Below are positions 14,100 through 27,415 of a stretch of 64,000 nucleotides of DNA, piece after piece (the stretch's first letter is position 1; every line of letters begins with the position of its first letter). Origin of the DNA: Sphyrna mokarran (Eukaryota); NCBI GenBank assembly GCA_024679065.1, contig JAGIQG010000002.1:33046001-33110000 (forward strand), written 5' to 3'. The position numbers and the translations under genes were made by a program. A model generated the notes under the pieces. The model saw nothing but the letters and a program-made list of their open reading frames with translations, searched no databases and was not told the DNA's origin.

Positions 14100-14555
14100 G
14101 TGGTTTACAAAAGTATTGGCAGAAAAGTGTAGCTATGATGAGAGATTGGATATTCTGGAGTTATTTTCCTTGGAACAAAAAAGGCTGTAGGATAACTTGA
14201 TTGAGCTGTACAAAATTATGAGGGGAAGAGATAGAGTGGATGGGATAAAATTGTTTCCCTTGATAGAAAATTCTAGAATAAGAGGACATAGATTCAAGAT
14301 AAATGGCAGAAGATGACATAAGGAAGAACTTTTCTACACAAAGGATGGTAGATGTCTGAAATTCACTGCTCATATTGGTAGAGGAGGCAGCGATCTTAAA
14401 AAGTATCTGGATTGATACTTTGAGTGCTGTAAGACACAGTAGTCTGGCTGCAAAGTGGGATTAGAAAGCGTATCTGGGTGCCCTTGAGCTAACATGGCCA
14501 TAATGGGCCAAATAGCCTCCTTCTGTGCTGTAACATTTCTATGGTTTTATGAAAA
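14100..14555 (+). mobile_element. CR1 LINE 3' end
   Basis: Degenerate ORF2 C-terminus and tail atgggccaaatagcctccttctgtgctgtaacatttctatg. Confidence 0.8.
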
Positions 14556-15504
14556 CTCTTCGGTTAATGAGGCATCATTTCAATCCCAAGGGAAGAAATA
14601 GATATTGGCACAGGAACTGCTTCTGAAGCTGCAATTAACTCATTAATGGGCCACAACACATGACCCTATGCTTTTAACCTCTTAGACAGTTTTAAAATTA
14701 CGTTTCTAGCCTCCAGATCAGTTGTCTGATTACTTCCCACCTGAAAAGAATAATGGCAGAGCCCCCGGCTGACCAAACAGCCAGGCTCAACTTCAGGAGT
14801 CTGTTTTATTTTAAAAAAAAAAGCATTCGTCACTTGCCATCAGGCAAGGCATATAAAGCACATCATGCTGCACCCTCAACTGCTTTCAAGGACTGTTGTT
14901 TTGCCATTTCTAACCAGTAACTCATTTGAATTGAACCCTGCCATAAACGCCCTTTGGACATTGACTTTCTGGAGTCTGGAAATCATGTGAACTAATATTA
15001 TGGCTGCTGTTGTTCTTTTGCTGCTTTAAAATACCCTCTTTCCCATCCACGAGTGAGTGAATGTTGCCGTTTTCTAGGGAAAAGTTGAACATCAGTTTAT
15101 ACCCATAATGTCCTTTCAGAGTGCTAAGAACCTAATGGGAGATTTAATCTTTTATAACAGTGATTTGGGTGTGGGCAGGGTGAAAGAGAGAGAAATCTAT
15201 AGAACCTGTAACAGTAAAGGAAGTTTGAAAAGTGATGTTATTTGACATTTTATTAATGAAGTGACATTTTATTTGATGGGAGATATTGTACAATAGGTTA
15301 ATAGTTATGATACTGATGTGTATTATGGTATAATAGTGACAGCAGTAGTCATGTGCTAGAGACTGTATAGCGCAGATGTATCAGTCTGCATTCACCATGT
15401 ACACAATGTTAGTAAAGTTGTTTGAAATAACCTACCTGAGTCACACCACAGTTATTCATGTTTAAGAGGGAAACCTTCCCAGCACAGATTAGATCATAAT
15501 AGCA

Positions 15505-15735
15505 ACAGGAATTCTTCTGACTCTTCTCTGATGTAACACCATGGGAACTTTTGCATCCACCTGAGGGGACAGAGAGCAGTTTGGTTTAATGTCTCATCCA
15601 AAGGTAAGGGCTTCCAAGTGTGCAAGCACTCCCTCAGCACTGCACTTAAGCATGAGCCTACATTTTGTGTTCAAGTCTCTGGACTGGAACCAACAATTTT
15701 TTGACTTGGGCAAGAATGCTACCAATGAGCTGCAG
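15505..15735 (-). mobile_element. Deu-SINE (SacSINE1-like)
   Basis: Reverse of ...agagacttgaacacaaaatgtaggct...gtgcagtgctgagggagtgc...ggatgagacattaaacc...caggtggatgcaaaagttcccatgg (Deu-domain consensus, recalled). Confidence 0.75.
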
Positions 15736-18700
15736 CAAGCAAACAACTCTTAATGATGTCCTTTGATACAACTCTGCACGATGCTGCAGTGCCTTATCAA
15801 GTCGTTCCTGACACTGATTAGCTTTGTTGCTCCCCTTCGGAGCTTGAAAGCCTCATATCATCAAGACTAGAATTGTATTTCCAATTTCAGTCCATCCATT
15901 CCACTGCATATTTTCAATAAGGCTTGCAGAAATTGTAAAGGAATTGATTTGACAATAGAACCTATCAGGTTCATTCATTTTGTCACCTTGAACAGTTTCA
16001 GTTTGGGGAGTGACAGGTCAGCAAATTCTATCCTGCCTTTGGAGTATGTACAATTCCAACTTCTTCTAGATCAAATCAGATAACTAAAGACCAATTAATC
16101 AAACTCATTTATAGACAAAGTCCAATGGCTAAATTTTACTGTGCCAGGATAAGAGGGAAGTGTTAAACAGCAAAAGAACCTATTCGGTTTGGACAGTCCA
16201 TTTTCCAGCAATAGGTAACAGATTGGCTGTCTGTTCCATGTAATTAAAGGCCTTATTATGGATCATTTTACAAAGCCACTGCTATTTTGCCAATAGTCCC
16301 CAGGCTGCCTGCTTCATAGAGACAACCAGCATTCCAGGAAGCCAGCAAAATGAGATTACATGGCCCAAAGAAGGGGAAATGGATATATACAACAGCTCCA
16401 GTGACCGCAACCATCCCTTCCAAAGGTTTTCTCTTTGTTCCAGTAGGCCTGCCATCCTCAAATCCCTAATTTTTACTTATCTAACCTGGATAGGGGAAGG
16501 GGGGGATCAATTTTGGGGTGCCCCAAGATCTCAGTGCTTGTCTCATCAGTACCCACCTCTCTTGCTGGTGCTCCTCAGGCTTCAGAGCCTGGTTGTTGGG
16601 CCTGCAGGATGCCGGTTAGGAGAGTACTTGCTATAACATCACTGAACTGATGAAGCTGCTGGCAAATACCAGATTCAGGACGTACTTTGTGTTCCAATGC
16701 TGGTACTCCAAAAATCTTCAGTAACATTCAGCGCTCAGAATCTATAATTCAAGATCAAATTAGCAAACATCTTGAATGAGTTAATAAAGGAGAGCCAAAA
16801 CAATTTGTTCAAAAGTTGTGATGATCAATTTTCTTTGGTCACTTTTACGAAGACAACACAGCAAAAGTTGTGCATACAATGATCAGAAAGGACTTGATAA
16901 GATGTCTCAAGGGGTTAACAGGTAAATTTAATCATATTTTAGCCATAAAGCTACACAGTACATAAGATGATCCATTGAGTCTGCACCGACAAAACTACAC
17001 CAAATCTACACTAATCCCACTTTCCAGCACTTGGCCCATAGACTTGAATGAAATATTGGAGCACACATAAGCATTCTTTCAAGGCTAGATAAGAATTGTT
17101 TAAGCGTCAGGAAGTAAAGATTTTAAAAACTTACCTGCTCTTTAAACAAATTCAAAATGGCTGCAGTAGTCAGTGATAGTTGGTGAACTGCTATGATTGA
17201 CCGATCACCTGGTGTAAGTAAAGAATTACCATCTGTTCATAGATTTTCAATAGAGATATATATTAACATTTGAAATTCATCATTACATCATAATAGCCCT
17301 TTAAATGCCAGTTATTTCAGCAGGAGATTTGAATTCATTGTTGGATTTATGGTTTAAAGAAGCTATGAAAGGATTACTCCACTTGATGTTGGGTCTGAAT
17401 ACATATTTGGATTTTTAAAATAAGAAACTGAACACTTGAGATATAAAAACTTCAAATGGATTTAATCAGTTTTTTTTAAACTATCACATGTGCATGAGTG
17501 AGAGCTGTACTATTGTTAGATGTTTATTTTTTTCAACTCCATATGATTCTCAAGTTCTACCCATGCTAGATATTGGGCAAGTAGCTATCAAGGTAGTATG
17601 AAGTATGAGAGACCAAAGTGATGTGCAGGGAACATCGGCGTGGATGCGATTTGAGAGACAGAGACAAACAACTTCTAAGACAACACGAGACAAAATCCCA
17701 CAGAACTGAGACAGGTCTTCTAACTAGATCACTTTGGCACTTGCCTGTCCCCCATGGCGCTTGAGAATCTGCTTCCAGACTCAGTGGGACCTATTCAATC
17801 CTGTCCATGCCTCCCCCTTCCCCAAGTAAAATTGGATGGAAGGGGGCTCTTTAAACGAAGATAGGTCTGCTGAGTCAAGAAATTTCTCTACTCGAGCTAC
17901 CAGCCTTGGCAGTGAAAATCCATCCAAAGTGTTGGGTATTATACAGACTAGGAAGGGGTTTGGACGTGGTCAATTCTTGGTTCAATTTTATGGCGTATAT
18001 CTAGCTGATTTGGATTCGTCAATGGGGAGCAAAATATTAAAATTTGCTAAACCTGTTATTTTTGTGCTATTGACAAATGAAAAGGAAGGCAGCAGAAAAC
18101 GGGTTAAATGGGACAGACATATAGATAAAAAGTTAAATACTGTCCACATTTATCCTAGCAACCACTTAAATCAGGCAAATGGTGCTAACCATCCATTTTT
18201 ACCATGGGCAATAATTACAAAGGCACCGCTTCAAACATATTGACAGCTGTCTATTTTCAGTTCAACTAGTATTTTATCAGTGTAAAGGCCAAGTCTTCTG
18301 GTAGTGTTGATCAGCTGTTTGCACCGTTAACATTTTCAGGGGACACTGAAATTGTCTGAACCTTTCATTTTCTGATTGCCCCCCATGGTTAACAGTGCGA
18401 ACAGTTGATTGAAGCTCCCTTAAGTCTCCACCAGCAGTTCACACTTAACAGTTACACCAAGAAAATACACCAGTTCTACATGTTTCAGTTCATCAGTTTC
18501 CCCAGCAATCAGAAAATGGAGACTTTAAGCAGTTTTCTGCAGTTATTGATTTTACTGTCCACCCATAGTTATCACAGGCATGCCTACTATGTGGAGTGGG
18601 GACTTCGTAATTCAAGAACAAGGTTAAATGATGAATTGGAGAATTGAACCAACTAGAGATCAGACTATTTTAGATTTGGTATATTAAAGAAAAAAAGGAG

Positions 18701-18859
18701 TAATTAATAAACTTGCTCTAAAAGAGCCTTTAGGAAAGTGACCATTTTATGATAAAATTTAGATCAAGTCTGAAACTAATATAGTCCATTCTAAAACTAA
18801 AGTTTTAAATCTGAACCAAGAAATCTAAAAAGGGTATGCAATGAGGTTTCAAGGAACTT

Positions 18860-19815
18860 GGATAGGCTAAATGAATGGGCAAGAATATAGCAGATGGAAT
18901 GTAATGTAGGATGCCTGAATTTATTCACTTTGGTAAAAAAAAGCCCAGAAAGGCAGAATAGAGAAGTGTTTATGTCCAAAGAGGACCTGGGTGCACTGGC
19001 TCATGAGTCACTATAAACCAGCAGGCAGATGTAGCAAACTATTAGGAAGGCCAATTTATGCTGGCCTTCATCACAAGAGAATCATGCTGCAATTGTATAA
19101 TTGGGGAAAGTGCACTTGGATCATTGGTTCGTTTTGGTCTCTATCCAAAGGAAGGATATACTTACCGTTGAGAGAGTTCTCCAGACTAATCCTGGGATGG
19201 TGGCATTGTGTTAGGAGGAGATATTGAGAAAACTGGCCCTGTATTCTCTAGGGTTTTCAGGAATGAGAGTTGATCTCATTAAACTTATGAATTTCTTACA
19301 GGGCATGACAGGATAGATGTAGATAGATGTTTCCCTTTCCTGATGAGTGCAGAACAAAAGGATAGTGTCTCAGAATAAGAGGCAGTTTATTTAAGATTGA
19401 GGTGATGGTGGAGTGTCTCTGAAATTCTCTATTTTTGCTTTGTTATTGTCACATGTATTAGTATACATTGAAAAGTATTACTTCTTACATTGTATACAAA
19501 GCGTACCATACATAGAAAAGGAGACAGTGTAGAATGTAGTGTTAGTTACAGTTAAGGTGTAGAGAAAGATCAACTTAATGTGAGATAAGTCCATTTGAAC
19601 ATCTGATGGCATCAGGAAAGAAGCTACACCAGAGGAACATGGAAGTTCAGTCATCAAGTATGTTCAAGGCAGAAATTGGTAATTTCTGAATATGGATGAG
19701 ATCAAGGGATATGAGGATAGCACTGGAAAATGGCACTGAGGCAGATAAATCAGCCACGGTCTAATAGCTCAATGGGCTGAATGGCCCACCCTTGTTCCCA
19801 TGTGTTTATGATTCA
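18860..19815 (+). mobile_element. CR1 LINE 3' portion, interrupted by a minus-strand Rex1 tail at ~19430-19630
   Basis: LDRLNEWARI*QMEC-type remnant. Insert ttattgtcacatgtattagtatacattgaaaagta...gagaaagatcaacttaatg matches 59480-59715. Confidence 0.75.
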
Positions 19816-19839
19816 TAAAAGTATACTAAAGGGTACAGA

Positions 19840-20680
19840 TGAAGAGGCCTACATGTTCAAACATGGCCAAAGCCTTACAAAAATGAATCGATACTGAAGC
19901 AGTCTGTGCCCATACAGCAAGCCCTGGATAACATTCAGGCTTGGGCCAATAAGTGACAAGTTATATTCATGTCACACAAGTGCCAGCATTGACCATTTCT
20001 AACAAAAGGGAATTCAACTATCTCCCCTTGACATTCAATGGTATTATCATCACTAAAACTCACACCATCATCCCCCTGGAGGCTACCATTGACCAGAACC
20101 TGAACTGGAACAGCCATAGAAATAGTTCCAAGAGCAGGTCAGAGGTGAGAATTCAGAAGAAAATGGCTTACCTCCACAAAGCCTGAAAAGTCAAATCAGG
20201 AGCATCATGGAATGCTTCCATTTGACTGGATTGGCATAGTTCCATCAACACAGAATAAGCTCAATACCATCCGGAACAAAGCAGCCTAATTAATTGATAC
20301 TCCATCTACTACCTCCACCAGTGATGCACAGTGCCAGCAGTGTTTAACATCTACAAGACAAACTTTAACAACTCACCAAGACCCTTCTAACAGCATCTTC
20401 CAAACTTGTGACCTCTACCACCTAGGAAAAGGCAAGCCAAGGCACACGGACATCATGATTTGCAAATTCCTCTCATGCGACACACCATCGTGGCTTGGAA
20501 CTATGACGCTGTTTCTTGACCGATGTTGGGTCAAAATCCTGGAACTCCAATCCAACAGCACTGCGGATGTGCTCAAATCACATGAATGGCAGTGGTTCAG
20601 ACACCTGAATCGCAATTAGGGGTGGCGATAAAAATGCAAGCCTAGTCAGTGATACCCATTGTGCCATGAAATAAATAACT
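19840..20680 (+). mobile_element. LINE family B 3' portion
   Basis: RT C-terminal remnant (TIDQNLNWNSH) plus the family-B tail. Confidence 0.75.
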
Positions 20681-20747
20681 TGAGACCTGGATACAGGGGT
20701 AATGTTGAATTGATACAAAACATTAGTGTTTAAAATTTTGTAAGAGG

Positions 20748-20960
20748 ACGGTGCAATGGCACAATGGTTAGTGCTACTGCCCCACAGCAGCAGGCACCCA
20801 GGTTCAATTCTAGCTTTGTGAAACTATCTTATAGTTTAGCATGATCTTCCAGTCTCTGCATGAGTTTCTTCCCACAGTCTAAAGATGTGCAGGTTAGGTG
20901 GATTGACTATGGCAAATGAACACCAGGTTACGGGGATACAGCAGAGGGGACTTGGGTGGG
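20748..20960 (+). mobile_element. V-SINE (degenerate), followed by a CR1 tail to ~21170
   Basis: Head ggcacaatggttagtgctactgccccacagc, B-box, partial V-domain. Confidence 0.75.
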
Positions 20961-21576
20961 ATTTTTTTTCTGCAGGAGGGTGATAAGTGCCTGAAATGCA
21001 TTGCCAGAGAAAGTGGTAGAAGCAGACACAATAACAACATTTAAGAGGAATCTGGATAAATACTTGAATAAGTAGGGAAGAGGGAGGTGGACCATGTCTT
21101 TAGTTTAAAAAGGCAATATTTTAATGCAGGCTTGGTGGGCCAAAGGGCCTGATCCTGCACTACACTGTTCATTGACACTAAATTAGAATATAATGCAATC
21201 TCAGCACGCTGAAAATTACGTAAAAACTGGATGGATACAATAAGTACGAGATATGAGAACAAGTTGAGACTCTGAGGACATTTTCACTAGAGAAGAAGGA
21301 GGAGACTGAATTATATACTTTAAAATTATGAAAAGTTACACCAGTTTGGGGTAGAGGGGAAAGACCATTTGTGACAAGAGATCGTTGATTTAAAGTGGTC
21401 ACAGAATGAGAGTAGTTAGCAGAAATGTCTTTATACAAAGTGGTTTAGACCTTTACCAAAGGGAGTGGTGCTTTCTTAAGTATTGCGTCCTTAAACAGGA
21501 AAATTGAAAAAATATTTGAAAGTAGAATGGAGAAATTGAGATAGGGAATTATTTTGGATTATTCCAAGATTATGTA

Positions 21577-21980
21577 GGGGAGATGGTGTCCTAGTGGTAA
21601 TGTAATTCAGAAGGCCAGGCTAATGCTCCAGAGACATGGGTTCAAATCCCATCACAGCAGTTGGTGGAACTTAAATTCAACTAACAAGATCTGGAATTGA
21701 AAATTAGTCTCTGTAATGGTCCATAAAAACTCTGTAGATTGTCATTAAAATCCATATGGTTCACCACTCCCCTTTAAAGAAGGAAATCTGCCACCTTACC
21801 TGGTCTGGCCTACATGCAACTCCAGAGCCACAGAAGTATGATTCGTTCTCAACTATTCTTCGATGGCCTAGCAAGAAGTTCAGTTGATATTGAGCATGTA
21901 GCTTCTATAAGTGTTTAGTTGTTTGGTGGGCAACAAATGCTGGCTTTGCCAGCAACACCTCATCCAGTAAAAAAAAAAGT
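21577..21980 (+). mobile_element. tRNA-derived SINE 'family B' (shares its 3' tail with LINE family B)
   Basis: A-box tggtgtcctagtgg, B-box gggttcaaatccc, core ggaaatctgccaccttacctggtctggcctacat, tail gggcaacaaatgctggc and an A-run. Confidence 0.8.
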
Positions 21981-24179
21981 TACCAAGAGCAAGCACAGGT
22001 ACAAGAGACCCAGTTACAACTTGCAACATTCTATGGTTCTATAACATGGTACATCTGATACAATTGGAATTTGTAGGCTCAAATGGCTGAAGCCAAAATT
22101 CAGCTCTTCTCAGTTCAAGTCCAGGCAACACTGAATTGAGATATAAACATTTTCAAACAAATGTTTAAACCTTTCTTTTCCGCTAATTGTTTGCTAACAT
22201 AGAATATGCTAGTCATAGGAACATGGCATCAGTTCTATAAGGCATTAAAAGTACACACCTTGCACTTCAGGCAGTAAAAAAAAACTGTTCATCAATGCTT
22301 TTTGTGTTAAAGTAAGCCATTAGTGAAGGTCATGTGAATCTTCTGTCAGTAATAGGGATTTATTTTTGGGCAAAAGTATATGCTGGTCTTTAATGATATT
22401 GAGCATGTAGCTTGTATAAGTGTTTTCAGTAAGTGTGTAATTGTTTAAAAATCCAACTATCATTGAAATAATGGGAGCTACGGTACCAGTAATTAGAGAT
22501 TGGTATTCTTAGAATTAGTTTCTTTAAATCTTATTTAACATTACAGTTGGAGAGTTTATTCAGTCTTTCGTTTGCACTGTTTCAAGTCCTGATACATATT
22601 TTTAATAGTTCTCTGGCCACCAATCAACCTCCAGTACACAAGTGATTATTCATCATGTGTGTGTTCCTAACTAAGAGCTGGATTTCATTTTTAACGCAAT
22701 CTTCTCTGAAGATATTTCCAGCAGGATTGGTGACCAGAAGCAGGAAACCTGGCTTTTGCATTTCTTTACTACCTTCACGTGCAGAGTCCAATTGCAGCGC
22801 CTTCTACTGCCACCTGGCTGAGATTATTGCCAAATTCATGTGGTCTGAGGCCAGAATTCTCCGATCTTGCCTGTAGCTGGGTTTCTCCATTCCCACTGCA
22901 GTGAATGAAGCTTTGGCTGGGTGTCAAATTCTCAGTTCTCACTGGCAGTAGTGACAGGGTGCATGATGTTGGAGAATTCTAGCCTATATATTTTAGTTAC
23001 ATATTGTATTCACCACCTGAGGCATTGAACAAGGTTGCTGCGATAGGATAATGGTTCATGCTTGTCATCTCAACTGAGGGCAGAACTTAAAAAAAAAATG
23101 AAAAGCAACAAGAGACTTTGGAGATAATTGGCACTGCTGCCCACTTTGCTATGCAATAGAAAAGGCAGAAAGGAAGTCTCATTCATTATTCTCAGTGGTT
23201 ATTGTGAGGAATCATAGGAGGTCATTTGGCTGTAAACAAAGGGGATCACCTTCATGGCTTTTTGTCAGAGAGCTAGGAACAATGTGTCCATTATCCTGAA
23301 ACGAAGATAAATTTAATTTGAAAGCCAAACTCACCATCCTCCAAACTGTGATATTAATTTATAACCAAGTGTAAATACTGTTTGGGTCAAAACCACAAGG
23401 AATTAGAATGGCTCTAGCCAAATTCCTTTCACTTGGTAACTCAGAGATTGAAAAGTGAATAATGGTCAATATGAATTTAGTTTGCCTCCCCCTCATAACC
23501 TTTATTGCCTGCCTCTTGATTTTTCAGAATATCAATATCATTGCTATTGATTAAAATGGAGGCAGACTAGACATGGTGCACTCCTGGCGTCAATACCAAT
23601 CCATTTAAGTTCTTGGTACACCAGAACAGAAATATAGTAAGGCCACTCACTTGGTGAGAAATAGGTTCCTTTAATAGAAGGAAAATAAGAAAACAAAACA
23701 GTCTGTAAAGAATCATTTTATATGCTTGTACAAAGAAAAGTAAATAAATAATGAATAGCATTTACAATCTGCATACTATTTCAGTCTTGCTTTGTGTGGG
23801 TTGACTCAAGTACTTCAAAAATGATAACTCATCTCAACTAATTCACACTTCTCAAACTGAGACAGAATTTTTTGCAAGTCTGATATAACAACCTTGAATG
23901 TTCATGCTGGCAATCAGTTTTAGATTCTGGGGAGAAATATTTATTCTTAAAAACAAATTAGTACTGTATTTGAGAACTGTTGATTTGAAATTAAACACTG
24001 TACACATTTAAAAACAGAGGGGGAAAGGAGTAGTATGACTGTACTTGCTGGAGATAGCATAACAGCAACAGAAAAAGTGCCATGATCATTATTAAACAGA
24101 ATCCATGTGGATAGAGATAAAATCAACATGGATAAATAAAGACGTGAAAAATTGATGGTAAGCAAAGAGCAAACACCTG

Positions 24180-25460
24180 GCACATGGACAGTTAGAACAG
24201 CATGTTGTGGGAGAATAACAAGAGATCAAGTTAAACAAAACAATTGGAAAAAGGAGTACTCAGAAATTATCAAGGAATATAAATAAACTTAAATATTCCA
24301 CAATCACATAAATAAAGTCAGCGTGAGAATAGGGTCACAAAAGACTAGATGGAATAAAATCACAAAACACAAGTGAAAAAACAGAATTATTAAATTATTT
24401 TGATTCAGTATTTACCAGGGAGATTGGTTTTATGGACATAATATTGGAAGAAAAGATGAGAAATGATATGACTGCATTTAAAGCAAAGAGGGAAAATATT
24501 AAAATCTCATCAAACTCATTCCTGGTCCTGATGAATTGAGTAAGAAGTCTCACACCAGGTTAAAGTCCAACACTAAGCATTTTAAACAACCTAGGGCAGA
24601 TATGACAGACACTATTGCACACAATTCATTAGAAAAACATGCAGTGCCACAAGATTGGTAGCTATACTTTTTAGCAACCAGCCAGCTTGACAGTGGCAGC
24701 AGAGTTAATTCAATCCTGACAAAATGAGAAAAGAATCAGCATGGTGTCAAAAATGCATTAAATTTTGGTAAGTAAAATGAGATCACATATTGCTTGTAAA
24801 GCAAAAATATAAATGGCGTAGAGGAGCAAAGTACAGATACACACAAAGTATCAGGTTAACAAAGATCATAAAAAGCAAACCAAATCCTAAGATTGCTTTC
24901 TAGAGGGTTAGAATTAAAAAGTCAAGTTATGGTGAAACCTTTATGGAACCATGGTTAGAGTACATTGGATCACATGTATTTATCTGGTTGCCATATTATA
25001 AAAAAAGGATAGACACTAGAAATGGTGCAATAAATATACAAAAGTGATACCAGAACAACAAGGTTTACTCATATAGGTGAAGTCTTTACTCTCATGAAGA
25101 GATGACCGAGGGCCAACTGAATAGACGTTCTTGCAATTCTGTAAAAGCATTTGATAGAGGACACAAGGTATTTCCAGTGGTGAGAAAGAGCAAAGCCAAA
25201 AGCCATTAAAATAACGACCAAGAAATCAAATGAAAGATTTAGAAGAAACTTATCCAAAAAAAGTGGCAGAAAAGTCAAACTCACTAACAGTGAGCAGTTA
25301 TATTGAACAGAGATGCATATAAGGCGAAACTAAGTACATGAAGAAAGAAAGATATGGAACGTAATGCTGAAGAGAGTTAGATAAAGGAGGATGGGAATAA
25401 GCTTAAATGGAACAAAAATGGTGTAGACTGGTGGGCTGACGTATATTTCTTTGTGACATA
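24180..25460 (+). mobile_element. Old fragmented CR1 LINE with a short Penelope terminus at ~24540-24570
   Basis: Degenerate CR1 ORF2 motifs (LNYFDSVFTRE); embedded aagaagtctcacaccaggttaaagtccaaca. Confidence 0.55.
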
Positions 25461-26894
25461 TCTAGTGTCAATTGCATAATTATGTCTCTTAAGTTTACTC
25501 ATCCATTTAAAAGTCCCTTCTTTGCACACCAGTTATACTTTTAAAATTAACCAATTGATTATAAAGGTTGTATTTTCTGTCACTGCCTTAACCAACGACA
25601 AAACGCTCACACTTCAATAACATGGGACTGATATTTCAAATGTGTGGGCTAAGTTCCTTTCGACAAAATTGAAGCTTCTGAGCAAAATGACATCTCACAT
25701 TTACCAACTTCAATGGTCACTACTAAACCCTCTTGGGGTGCCACCACTCCTCTCCTAACACCTTAATTTTCTAATCCATCTTTATGCGCATTTTTCATTT
25801 AATTATGTTTAGCACTCTCTAATATTTCCTAATCTTTGAGCAGATGCACTGCCCATGTAATTACAGATATCTATGAAAGCAGCACCAGTTTTTCTACAGG
25901 GCCATATAAATTTACAGCTCACCAAGAAGCCATCTGATGCAATTTGTTAACTTTTTTCATGAGCTATCCAATGCACTAATCTCTTCCAGATAAGAGGTTT
26001 TACTTTATAGATGTAGCCTCTGAAATTCCATTACACTGTACTTTCCCCATCTCTATCAAACAAAAATCAAATATTTATTTACTTTCCTTTTAAAAATATT
26101 ATGGATTCTGCTTCTGGTATGATATTCCATGCCCTGACCAATTTTTAAAAATCCATTAATCTCTCCCTTTGCTCTTCTAGCAATAATTTGAAATTTATAA
26201 TCTGAAATTTATACCCATTACTAACTCACTGACTATTGGAAATAGATTTTCTAAATTTAGTTTATCCAAGGACCATTTTGAATATGCTGATTAAATCTTT
26301 TATTCTTTTCACATGGACAGCCAATTTCTCTTTTCCTTTCCTTACAAAAGCCTCTCACTCTTGACCATTCTCTTCAGGGGTAAGATGGTGGTGTACTGGC
26401 AATGTCACTGGAATAGTTATATACAGACTCAGGCTGATGCTCTAGGGGCGAGTTCCAAATGCTGCCATGGTGGCTGAAAGTGGAATATAAATTCAATTAA
26501 TGATATCTGGATTTGAAAGCTACCTCGTAGTCAGTAGTAGTGACCATAAAACTGTCATAGATTGCCATAAAAACCCACATTTACCATCAATCTGCTATCC
26601 TTATCTGGTTTGACTCCAGACCCACAGCAACGTGGTTGACTCTGAGGTTACAATTTAGCAGCTCTGTTGATTGTAGGCATATTCCTGTAATGGCTACTAA
26701 ATGTCAAATGGCCAAAAATGGGATTTGTGCCAGCAAAATCACAGTCTGAAATCTTCCCTGCCCCTTGGTGGTGACAGAAATTTACATAAATTTTGATAAG
26801 CTTACCAGCCTTGACACTAATGTCACACTATGCCAGTGTGAGCATTTTGTCACTATTTTCTGCCACTGCCTTAACCAAACTTTATGATCAGTTG

Positions 26895-27085
26895 AAGAAA
26901 AAATACTGCAGATGCTAGATCTGAAACAAAAGCAGAAAATGCTGCAAAATCTCAATAGGGCTGATAACATCTGTGGACAGAGAATACAGCCAATATTTAT
27001 CCTGACTCAAAACACTGGCTCTATTCTCTGTCCACAGATGCTGTCAGCCCTGTTGAGATTTTCCATTATTTTCTGTTTTTGTTTA
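26895..27085. mobile_element. Penelope-type palindromic element, family 2
   Basis: Inverted arms aaatctcaatagggctgataacatctgtggacagagaata / tattctctgtccacagatgctgtcagccctgttgagattt. Related copies at 35025, 38210, 57358 and 60785. Confidence 0.75.
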
Positions 27086-27356
27086 TAATCAGTTGATTAA
27101 TTAAGATAAATAAGTATTGCAACTTTTAAGTGAGCTGAATAAAATTACATTAAATATAATTCTGCAAGTGACAATAAATATATTACTCTTTGGCACCACC
27201 AGTTCTCAAAAACTAAAACCAGTCATGATGACCACACCAGGTTGCATAGTAATATATGGCCCCAGGTAATGCAGAATCCTGGCAATGCAAACCTGCATTC
27301 TAGGGAATACCCTTATGTGGGGCAGGCAATGTTTGTGGAGTTAGGGAGTGGTGCCA

Positions 27357-27376
27357 GGTGTGTGTGTGTGTGTGTG

Positions 27377-27407
<31 letters not shown>

Positions 27408-27415
27408 GGGGGGGG
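27357..27415. repeat. (GT)n microsatellite fused to poly-G
   Basis: Direct reading of the sequence. Confidence 0.95.

Noticed and set aside
15305-15460. Possible solo LTR
   Set aside because: Only a TG...CA-like outline and a weak AGTAAA; no second copy or convincing TSD.
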